This document shows positions 56,498-64,000 of a DNA stretch of 64,000 nt, piece after piece. The position numbers and the translations under genes are program-made. Numbering within the stretch: the first letter of the stretch is position 1; the number at the start of each line of letters is the position of its first letter. Under the pieces are notes generated by a model. It ran no database searches, had not been told where the DNA came from, and saw only the letters and a list, made by a program, of their open reading frames with translations. The stretch comes from an uncultured Bacteroidota bacterium. Its GTDB lineage: Bacteria > Bacteroidota > Ignavibacteria > Kryptoniales > JAKASW01. The stretch is taken from the NCBI GenBank assembly GCA_963768145.1, contig CAVYHK010000033.1:291756-355755 (forward strand), written 5' to 3'.

Positions 56498-58042
56498 TCA
56501 ATTATTGTGAAGTGCGGCTCTGACCTTGCTGTGGTTTCGCCCATAGAGAAAATAGATTGCGAGCCCGACAACCAACCATATAATCAAGCGCAGCCAGGTG
56601 TCAAACGGCAAACTCAGCATCAGCAGGGCCGACACGAGAATTCCCATGATCGGTACAAATGGGACCAGCGGTGTCTTGAATGGTCGCGGAATGTCCGGTC
56701 TGCGTTTCCGCAGAATCCATACTCCCGTGCTGACAATTACGAATGCGAGGAGTGTACCGATACTTACCAGCTCGCCGAGAATATCGATCGGTAGCGCCGC
56801 CGCGAAGATCGCAACGAATATTCCGACCGCAATTGTGGATATCCAAGGAGTACGGAATCTCGGGTGAACTTTGCTTGCCCATTTCGGAAGTAGGCCATCA
56901 TTAGACATTGAATAGAAAACCCGAGACTGCCCGAGCAACATAACCAGCATCACCGTTGCGAGGCCGAATATGGCTCCGACTTTCACTAGAAGGCTCCCCC
57001 ATCTTACGCCGGTTGCATCTATGCCGACTGCGACCGGATCTGAAACATTCAGACTTGTGTATGGAACTATCGCTGTCAGAATTCCAGAGACAAGTATATA
57101 GAGGATCGTACAAATCAATAATGACCCCATGATGCCGATCGGCATGTCTTTCTGGGGGTTTTTCGCTTCCTGCGCAGCCGTCGATACCGCATCGAATCCT
57201 ATATACGCGAAGAAAATCACGCTTGCAGCCCTCGCGATTCCGGACCAGCCATACTTGCCGAAGGTTCCTGCGTTTGTCGGGATGAACTGTTTCCAGTTCA
57301 CCTTTATGGTCGTGTCCGGATGTTGAATCACGAAGGCTCCGGCGATAGCGATGAAGACCAGCACAATTGATACTTTTACAATGACGATTGCGGAATTGAA
57401 ATTCGCAGACTCTTTTATTCCAATCACCAATATTGTAGTCACAAAAAAGATTGCGATCGCGGCAAGAAGATTAAATTGTGCGGCGAGATGGGGCAAGGAC
57501 ATAGGGTTTATGTTGAGGGTAGCGAGCGAATCCTTTATGCGCGCCAGTTTTTCCCAGTGGCCGTTGAACTGTACCATCACCTCGCCGTGCGCGCCTGAAA
57601 ATTGCGGCGGTAGGTATATCCCGAAATCCTGGAGAAAGCTCAAAACGTAGCCGCTCCAACCGGAGGCAACGGTTGCCGCTCCGAAAGCGTATTCCAATAT
57701 TAGGTCCCATCCGATTATCCACGCGAAGATCTCGCCCAGCGTCGCGTAGCCGTAAGTGTATGCCGATCCCGCAATCGGGATAAGCGATGCGAACTCGGCG
57801 TAGCACAATCCGGCAAACAAACAAGCTAAGCCAGCGAGCACGAACGACAGAACTATAGCGGGTCCTGCATACTTTGCCGCCGCAGCTCCAGTTAAAACGA
57901 AAATTCCTGCGCCGATGATTGCCCCGACTCCAAGGGTTGTCAGATTGAGCGCGCCCAAGGATCGTTTCAGGCCGTGCCCAGTATCACTTGTTTCTTTAAG
58001 TATGAGGTCGATTGGTTTTGTAGAAAGAAGCTCTGAAGACAT
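56498..58042 (-). CDS. APC-superfamily amino acid permease (cationic amino acid transporter-like)
   Basis: LKRSLGALNLTTLGVGAIIGAGIFVLTG... and about 13-14 TM segments. ATG 58042 follows GGAGGA, so it is preferred over ATG 58054. Confidence 0.85.
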   Translation of the reverse strand: MSSELLSTKPIDLILKETSDTGHGLKRSLGALNLTTLGVGAIIGAGIFVLTGAAAAKYAGPAIVLSFVLAGLACLFAGLCYAEFASLIPIAGSAYTYGYATLGEIFAWIIGWDLILEYAFGAATVASGWSGYVLSFLQDFGIYLPPQFSGAHGEVMVQFNGHWEKLARIKDSLATLNINPMSLPHLAAQFNLLAAIAIFFVTTILVIGIKESANFNSAIVIVKVSIVLVFIAIAGAFVIQHPDTTIKVNWKQFIPTNAGTFGKYGWSGIARAASVIFFAYIGFDAVSTAAQEAKNPQKDMPIGIMGSLLICTILYILVSGILTAIVPYTSLNVSDPVAVGIDATGVRWGSLLVKVGAIFGLATVMLVMLLGQSRVFYSMSNDGLLPKWASKVHPRFRTPWISTIAVGIFVAIFAAALPIDILGELVSIGTLLAFVIVSTGVWILRKRRPDIPRPFKTPLVPFVPIMGILVSALLMLSLPFDTWLRLIIWLVVGLAIYFLYGRNHSKVRAALHNN

Positions 58043-58114
58043 TAATCCTCCCATAAGATTTGCACCGACCTTGTGATGGTGTTTATTTGTTTGCCCCTTC
58101 CGGGAAACTGGACA

Positions 58115-58690
58115 TCACGAGGCCTTACTTCTATTTAAGCGAGGTAAGAACGCTCGGTATATACTGACCGCAGCTGTGAGTTTGATCAGGTCCCAATAAG
58201 AGAAAATCAGGAATCCCTGAGTTATGGAGATCCCCCAGTTGTGAATGAAGACAACGTTCAGGTAGAATGCGCCACACGCAAATATTATTACGAAGCCGAC
58301 GGACATCGAGAGCACCGTCCAAAGAAAAGAATCGTTAACATTAATCACCGAGCCGACGATGCCAGCTGCCAGAACAAAACCCATAAGATATCCTGCGGTT
58401 GTACCGACAAGCACTGGAAGCCCGGCGGCTGTACCGGCAAAGACCGGGATTCCCACAGCGCCGAGAAGGAGATATGATACTACGCTGATGATGCCACTGC
58501 GCCAGCCAAGAAATGCGCCCGTCAGAATCACAAAGAGCGTTTGAAGCGTGAATGGAACGGGCACATGCGGGATGTATACTTTTGCACCAATCGCAATTAG
58601 TGCAGTAAACATGCAAATACTCTTTACCTGGTCGAAAACATTAGCTCTTGTTGAACCGAATAACCGAAGAGCACTGACGTCGCCTTTCAT
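58115..58690 (-). CDS. bioY: Biotin transporter S-component BioY
   Basis: 191 aa: PVPFTLQTLFVILTGAFLGWRSG...GIPVFAG...GYLMGFVLAA. BioY family pattern. Confidence 0.8.
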   Translation of the reverse strand: MKGDVSALRLFGSTRANVFDQVKSICMFTALIAIGAKVYIPHVPVPFTLQTLFVILTGAFLGWRSGIISVVSYLLLGAVGIPVFAGTAAGLPVLVGTTAGYLMGFVLAAGIVGSVINVNDSFLWTVLSMSVGFVIIFACGAFYLNVVFIHNWGISITQGFLIFSYWDLIKLTAAVSIYRAFLPRLNRSKAS

Positions 58691-59006
58691 TTTACCTCCA
58701 ATTCGCCGGCAAATTTCCAGCGTTAAATGCCAATTCTTGATTGTTATATTTTAACCAAAAACTTGGAATCGTAAATCCAAAACCACTATCGTCCTTGAGG
58801 GAATTCCATTGGAACCCAAAATATGACCTCAATTGCTGAGAATCAAGATTTGGTGGCGTGGCAACACCGGATTACAGCCTCGCGAGACAACGCTTTTACT
58901 AACAACCACTTGACCACAGCCGGTTCACGGATTATCGTTTCACGAAAGTGAATTCTTCAGAGGAAATTTCCAAATAATCTAACGAGGGAAATATGAAACG
59001 AGAAAA

Positions 59007-59290
59007 ATAGTCGTCGCAAATCAATCGGGCGGTAACCTCACCCCCACTCAGCCATGGCAACACCGCAATGGTGGATGCATCAGGAATCAAACACAAATCG
59101 CTCTCGGCAATGCGAGCAAAGCCTTCAATCGAAGAGCCGTCGAACCATATTCCATGGTTAAGTGCCGCATCAAGCTCTTGGGTTGGGATCGTCACGTTTT
59201 TTTGCTGCTCCGCCGACATCCGTGAATTGCAGGTCGATGAAATTAACCCCTCGCTCTTTGACAAGTTTAAGAAGCTCTTCCGACGTAAAA
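59007..59290 (-). pseudogene. Relic of a glutamine synthetase N-terminal (beta-grasp) domain, truncated and frameshifted, embedded in ORF 58932-59519
   Basis: One frame reads SFTSEELLKLVKERGVNFIDLQFTDVGGAAK. After an A7 run (plus-strand T7 at 59197-59203) the next frame reads NVTIPTQELDAALNHGIWFDGSSIEGFARIAESDLCLIPDASTIAVLPWLSGGEVTARLICDDY. Together these match the type I GS N-terminus. There is no in-frame ATG and the catalytic domain is absent. Confidence 0.8.
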
Positions 59291-59622
59291 CTCTTTGGCT
59301 TAGTTGTCCTTTGTGGAGGGCCTGAAGCATAAATGCCAATATGATAATGGCGGCAAGGAGAAGGAGCGCCGAACCAATAGCCATGAATTTCGCCGATTGC
59401 CAGAAATGAGATTTCTTTTCGGTGGTGCGCTCCAGAATAGGAACTTCTATCGATTCAATATGATAACACCGGGGGTCTGTCGGATATGCTCTCCGCCAAA
59501 GTTTTTTGATCGCTGACAATGAAACTGCGTCAATTAGGGGGCCACCGTTTACGACAAAGCGCGCTGCCGTTTCTGTCTCTCCTGCAGATTTACGGCGCGC
59601 AAGAAATTCTTCGCTACGCCTG

Positions 59623-61335
59623 CTATCTCCCTTCGACCGTCCTTACGACGAGAATGACCGTTGCAGCAATTGAGGCAACTGCGCCGATGGTTCCGAGCAG
59701 GTTTATTGTAAAATTCCACGCGTAGTCCCGCGACCTGATCGGTTTTCTCGGAACGAAAACAAAATCCCCCGGCTCAATTTTTGTTTCGCCTGGCGCAAAC
59801 CATTGGAAGGTCCCGCCTCTAATGATCCTTACGTTTCCCGTCTCCGCACCATCCGTAAACCCTCCAGCCGAGTTGACATAATCAGCATAATTCCAATCGC
59901 TTCTGTAAACCACATAACCCGGCGACACCACCTGGCCAAACGCATAAACCATTCCGTTGTTTCTTGGAACGTACATGATGTCTCCACTTCTCATATATCT
60001 GTCAAATGTGGAGTCTTTCTCTATAAACAACCTTACAAGATTAGTTGAAACTTCCTGCATGTCCGTTCTCATCTTCAGTTCCTGAAACAGATACGGAAGG
60101 TCTTCCTGATAGAGCTCCGACGCCCTGAATATCAAGGAGACTGTATCGATACTGATTGACTCGGTCGTCGACAAGATCGGCCGGCTGAATATCTTGGCAT
60201 CATACAACGAAGCGTCTTTGGTGAAACCGCCGGCAAGATTTACAACCCCGCTCAGTTTCGTTGAATCTCTGGATATTGGATATATGCCGGGCCTTTGCAC
60301 CTCACCCATAACAGTAACATAGTAGTCGTTTATCTTCTCGCGGTCTATGGGCACCACCACGCGTGAATTCACGGACAGTGGTTGATCCTCCGATGATGTA
60401 TTAGCCAAGTTCACGATTCGCTCTTGATAGTCTTTCCCGTCCCAGCTTATCACCTTTGCATTTTCGGAATCCGCAAGGCTAGTAAGCCCTTGTGAGAGTT
60501 CAATAAGGTCCCTTATTTTATCACCCGGAACATATTCAAAGGTACCCTCCATTTTCACGGCACCGGAAATACTAATGCTTCCCAGCTTGAGGTCTTCTCC
60601 GGAGACGACTATTGCGTCACCCCCCTGCAAATATGGATCATCGCTTACGTTCCCGTTTTCGTAGAATTTTAACAGGTCGACATTTCTCGTCGAACCATCC
60701 TTATGAACCAACTTTATTTTCCTGAGTGAGAAGTGCATCTTTGCCGTGGAGGTGTCCGCATTATTCCGAGGAGCATTTGCCAATAGAAAGGCACGATCCA
60801 CACGATCGAACGATGTCACCACGTAGCGCCCCGGCGTTTTCACTGCTCCGGCCACCATCACGTAAAAAGAACGCGGATAAATCAACGTCAACGTTATGTT
60901 GGACTTCCTAAATTGCTCAGCAAGTCTCTTGCGCGTATACGCTTTAGCGTCTGCAAGTGTTTTTCCACCAATATCTAAAGCCCCGAATGTCGGAACGATA
61001 ATCGTTCCTTCGGGTGTAACGCTTAGATTAAGCGAAAGCGGTGTGGCCCCCCAAACTCCAACGTTAAGCACGTCGCCGGGGCCAACAACATAAGAGTTCG
61101 TATCAACGGGCACATCGTAGGGTGGGGGCTGCACAATCAGTCCTTGGGTTTGCAGGTTACGGAAAAAATCCGCGCTCGTTGTGAACATGTTGCTGGTCAA
61201 CGACGGCATCTGAATGGACTGTGTATTCGCGGTCGTTTGCGATTCCCCCGCTTGTTGTTGCTGCGGCAGCATTTGTGCGTACAAAGTCCCCGCGATGAAC
61301 CAATAAAGTAGACCTAAAAGAGAAAGTGTTTTCAT
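59623..61335 (-). CDS. Polysaccharide export protein (Wza-like; Poly_export plus SLBB repeats, C-terminal TM helix)
   Basis: 570 aa. Signal peptide MKTLSLLGLLYWFIAGTLYAQ; YVVGPGDVLNVGVWG is the Poly_export motif. There are several SLBB-like segments (PGRYVV.., GGDAIVV, RPGIYPI) and a C-terminal LLGTIGAVASIAATVILVV. Confidence 0.8.
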   Translation of the reverse strand: MKTLSLLGLLYWFIAGTLYAQMLPQQQQAGESQTTANTQSIQMPSLTSNMFTTSADFFRNLQTQGLIVQPPPYDVPVDTNSYVVGPGDVLNVGVWGATPLSLNLSVTPEGTIIVPTFGALDIGGKTLADAKAYTRKRLAEQFRKSNITLTLIYPRSFYVMVAGAVKTPGRYVVTSFDRVDRAFLLANAPRNNADTSTAKMHFSLRKIKLVHKDGSTRNVDLLKFYENGNVSDDPYLQGGDAIVVSGEDLKLGSISISGAVKMEGTFEYVPGDKIRDLIELSQGLTSLADSENAKVISWDGKDYQERIVNLANTSSEDQPLSVNSRVVVPIDREKINDYYVTVMGEVQRPGIYPISRDSTKLSGVVNLAGGFTKDASLYDAKIFSRPILSTTESISIDTVSLIFRASELYQEDLPYLFQELKMRTDMQEVSTNLVRLFIEKDSTFDRYMRSGDIMYVPRNNGMVYAFGQVVSPGYVVYRSDWNYADYVNSAGGFTDGAETGNVRIIRGGTFQWFAPGETKIEPGDFVFVPRKPIRSRDYAWNFTINLLGTIGAVASIAATVILVVRTVEGR

Positions 61336-61345
61336 GTCGTCAACA

Positions 61346-61432
61346 TTTTTTGAGATTTGAGATCAAATAATAGTAAGAAAGAAACTTCGTTTACTCAAGG
61401 TACTTTAATTGATCCTTTTGACCTTTGATCCG
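61346..61432. repeat. Two short heptamer-periodic arrays (TTTTGAG ATTTGAG ATCAAAT; CTTTTGA CCTTTGA TCC)
   Basis: Read directly at 61346-61368 and 61414-61432 in the divergent Wza-like / ilvD spacer. Same TTTTGA(C/G/T)-type unit as 685-712. Confidence 0.6.
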
Positions 61433-61484
61433 CTTATTACTTATATTGAAGTGAAAAAACAGAAACTTTTTCCCGGAGATTAAG

Positions 61485-63167
61485 ATGAAGGAACGCTTGA
61501 ACAAATATAGCTCACAACTTACGCAGAGACTTTCGCAGGCGGCTTCTCAGGCGATGCTTTATGGCGCCGGTCTAAAAGAAGAAGACATGAATAAGCCACA
61601 GATCGGAATTGCAAGCATGGGCTGGGAGGGAAACACCTGCAACATGCACCTGAACGATCTGGCTAAAATTGTAAAGCAGGGTGTTCAGGAGGCAGGTCTT
61701 GTCGGGCTCGTTTTTCACACCATTGGTGTCAGCGACGGAATCGCGATGGGGACGGAAGGAATGAAATCTTCTTTGCCATCGAGAGAAATAATTGCAGACT
61801 CAATCGAGGCTGTGATGCGCGCACAGTGGTACGATGCAAACATCTCCATCCCGGGGTGCGACAAAAACATGCCCGGCAGCCTCATGGCAATGGGCAGACT
61901 GAACCGTCCGAGCTTGATGATCTATGGTGGTACAATCAGGGCAGGACACTGGGGCGGAAGGAAGTTAGACATCGTTTCCGTCTTCGAATCCTATGGCGAA
62001 TATATCGCGGGAAATCTCAAAGAAGCGGAATTTAAAGAAGTGATCCAGCATGCGTGTCCTGGTCCCGGTGCATGCGGCGGCATGTATACCGCCAACACGA
62101 TGGCAACTGCGATAGAGACTCTTGGGATGACTCTACCTTACAGCTCATCCCTGCCGGCGGACAGCGCAGCAAAAAAGAAGGAGTGCCTGGCGGCTGGCAG
62201 AGCCGTTCTGAATCTGCTTGAAAAAGATCTTAAGCCACGAGACATCATGACGAAACAATCGTTTCTGAACGCCATCATTATGGTAACGGCTCTCGGCGGA
62301 TCCACAAATGCCGTGCTCCATCTTATTGCGATTGCAAAATCGGTCGGTGTAAGACTCACAATCGATGATTTTCAGAAAGTCAGTGACCATGTTCCGTACA
62401 TTGCGGAACTGAAGCCGAGCGGGAGATTTGTAATGGAAGACATAAATGACATCGGCGGAATCCCTGCCGTCCAGATGATGCTTCTGAAAGAAGGACACTT
62501 GAACGGAGACTGCATGACTGTCACCGGCAGAACACTCGGCGAGAACATCGAACATGTTCCAGGCCTATCCGCAGGACAAAAGATAATCCATCCTCTTTCC
62601 GATCCGATCAAGAAAACCGGACACATCCAGATACTTTATGGCAACCTTGCCACCGATGGCGCCGTGGCAAAAATTACAGGCCTCGAAGGGTTGAAGTTTT
62701 CAGGTCCCGCAAGGGTTTTCAACTCCGAAGAAGAAACCCTCGCAGCGCTCGAGCGGAAGAAAATTTTCCCCGGTGACGTAGTAGTCATCAGGTATGAAGG
62801 ACCAAAAGGAGGGCCGGGCATGCGCGAGATGCTAACGGTCACTTCCGCAATTATGGGCGCAGGGCTTGGAAAAAGTATTGCGCTGATAACAGATGGGCGT
62901 TTCTCCGGCGGAACGCACGGCTTCGTGGTCGGACACGTTTCGCCCGAAGCACAAATGGGCGGCGGCATCGCTATTGTGAAAAACGGGGACCCCATAACAA
63001 TAGACGCGGAAAAGAATGCGATTACGCTTGAAATTTCTAAGAAGGAATTCGCACTACGCATGAAGAAATGGAAAGCGCCCCCTCTGAAATCAAGAAGTGG
63101 TATGCTCTATAAATACATCAGGAGTGTTTCTTCCGCTTCCGAAGGGTGTGTAACAGATCGCGACTAG
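61485..63167 (+). CDS. ilvD: Dihydroxy-acid dehydratase
   Basis: 560 aa: [54 protein letters not shown]. Confidence 0.92.
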   Translation: MKERLNKYSSQLTQRLSQAASQAMLYGAGLKEEDMNKPQIGIASMGWEGNTCNMHLNDLAKIVKQGVQEAGLVGLVFHTIGVSDGIAMGTEGMKSSLPSREIIADSIEAVMRAQWYDANISIPGCDKNMPGSLMAMGRLNRPSLMIYGGTIRAGHWGGRKLDIVSVFESYGEYIAGNLKEAEFKEVIQHACPGPGACGGMYTANTMATAIETLGMTLPYSSSLPADSAAKKKECLAAGRAVLNLLEKDLKPRDIMTKQSFLNAIIMVTALGGSTNAVLHLIAIAKSVGVRLTIDDFQKVSDHVPYIAELKPSGRFVMEDINDIGGIPAVQMMLLKEGHLNGDCMTVTGRTLGENIEHVPGLSAGQKIIHPLSDPIKKTGHIQILYGNLATDGAVAKITGLEGLKFSGPARVFNSEEETLAALERKKIFPGDVVVIRYEGPKGGPGMREMLTVTSAIMGAGLGKSIALITDGRFSGGTHGFVVGHVSPEAQMGGGIAIVKNGDPITIDAEKNAITLEISKKEFALRMKKWKAPPLKSRSGMLYKYIRSVSSASEGCVTDRD

Positions 63168-63210
63168 GCCCAGCGTCCTCTGCCGTTTCGAACGCCTAGA
63201 GACCGTCGAG

Positions 63211-64000
63211 CTACATGTTTCTTCTCATGAATCTGTTGCCCATTGGGGGTCTCGGCGGTCTCATCTTCTCTTTCTTCACCGCAACTGGTTTTACCAATAG
63301 CTCTTCCTGCGGTTTCTTGTTCATCAAATATTGTTGTGCTATCGACAAAATATTGAATACAAAGTAATAGAGATTGAGGCCCGACGGGAAATTGTTGAAC
63401 AGAATCCAGAAGAAAACCGGCATGAACCATACCATGAACTGTTGTCTCGGATCCTTTACACTCATCTTTTGTTGCACGAACATCGTGATTGCCATCAGAA
63501 GCGCAAGCCCGCTTACCTGGCTCATCCCCAGAATTGGAATTGTAAATGGAAGATGTAAAATTGTGTCGGGAACAGACAAATCTTTGATCCACCAAACAAA
63601 GTTGGACTGCCTCAGCTCAATATTGCTTCGGAATATTGCCCAGAGTGCATAGAGTATCGGCATCTGAAGCGCCATCGGAAGGCACCCGCCCATCGGGTTT
63701 ATCTTATACTCCTTATAAAGATTCATCACCGCCTGGTTCATCTTCTGGGGATCTTCCTTGTACTTCTCCTTGATTTCATTCATCATCGGTTGGAGTGCCT
63801 GCATTTTCCGCATCGATTTCATGCTGCTCGCGGTCAGCGGATTCAAAAGCAGTTTCAGCAAAATCGAGAAAATAATTATGGCAACCCCGTAGTTAGGAAT
63901 AAACAGATGAATAAACTGAAATGCCGGCAACATTACGTACTCGCTGATTGGCCGTATTAGCCAGCGCCACCCTAACCCGACAGTCTCTTCGAGTCCCACA
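63211..64000 (-). CDS. yidC: Membrane protein insertase YidC, C-terminal part; gene continues past the right edge
   Basis: NYGVAIIIFSILLKLLLNPLTASSMKSMRKMQALQPMMNEIKEKYKEDPQKMNQAVMNLYKEYKINPMGGCLPMALQMPILYALW is the conserved YidC/Oxa1 core. The reading frame is open to the window end. Confidence 0.9.
   Translation of the reverse strand, partial: VGLEETVGLGWRWLIRPISEYVMLPAFQFIHLFIPNYGVAIIIFSILLKLLLNPLTASSMKSMRKMQALQPMMNEIKEKYKEDPQKMNQAVMNLYKEYKINPMGGCLPMALQMPILYALWAIFRSNIELRQSNFVWWIKDLSVPDTILHLPFTIPILGMSQVSGLALLMAITMFVQQKMSVKDPRQQFMVWFMPVFFWILFNNFPSGLNLYYFVFNILSIAQQYLMNKKPQEELLVKPVAVKKEKMRPPRPPMGNRFMRRNM

Noticed and set aside
58691-58931. BirA operator upstream of bioY
   Set aside because: The candidate TTGTTATATTTTAACCAA / TTGGAATCGTAAATCCAA pair matches only at its ends (TTG...CCAA), so it is not a convincing inverted repeat.

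Overview
Gene-dense 64-kb chromosomal window with visible Shine-Dalgarno sites and moderate G+C by eye (not computed). It looks like an FCB-superphylum bacterium (Ignavibacteria/Bacteroidota-like): it encodes a SprA-sized (2404 aa) type IX secretion translocon candidate and three proteins ending in the T9SS C-terminal sorting domain. Housekeeping genes: uvrC (partial), methylmalonyl-CoA epimerase, class II ribonucleotide reductase nrdJ, a hybrid histidine kinase plus response regulator, a PfkB kinase with mtnA, recO, htrA/degP, aroC, tadA, proBA, two APC permeases, bioY, a Wza-like exporter, ilvD and yidC (partial). Accessory content: a ~10.5-kb block of secreted/T9SS proteins (HExxH peptidase, giant protein with an SLT-like domain, tandem-repeat protein, secreted amidase), a type II restriction-modification operon whose methyltransferase is split over two frames, a giant S8 peptidase, a GxxExxY protein and a decayed four-helix-bundle (23S-IVS-type) gene. 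I recognised no rRNA, tRNA, CRISPR array, transposase or integrase. Four things stand out in the sequence. (i) Two neighbouring gene blocks are each bracketed by long diverged direct repeats: a duplicated sigma70-like promoter module around a 2-gene cassette next to the R-M operon, and duplicated proB 5-prime ends around the S8 peptidase gene. (ii) A ~240-nt imperfect hairpin element with an internal duplication sits in a 650-bp gene-free gap. (iii) A family of 7-8-nt periodic low-complexity arrays sits exactly at gene boundaries and brackets the IVS-type pseudogene. (iv) At least six genes or relics are broken by frameshifts or stops, which is either real decay or assembly error. I did not recognise a clear-cut novel multi-gene system; candidates are ranked in the findings.
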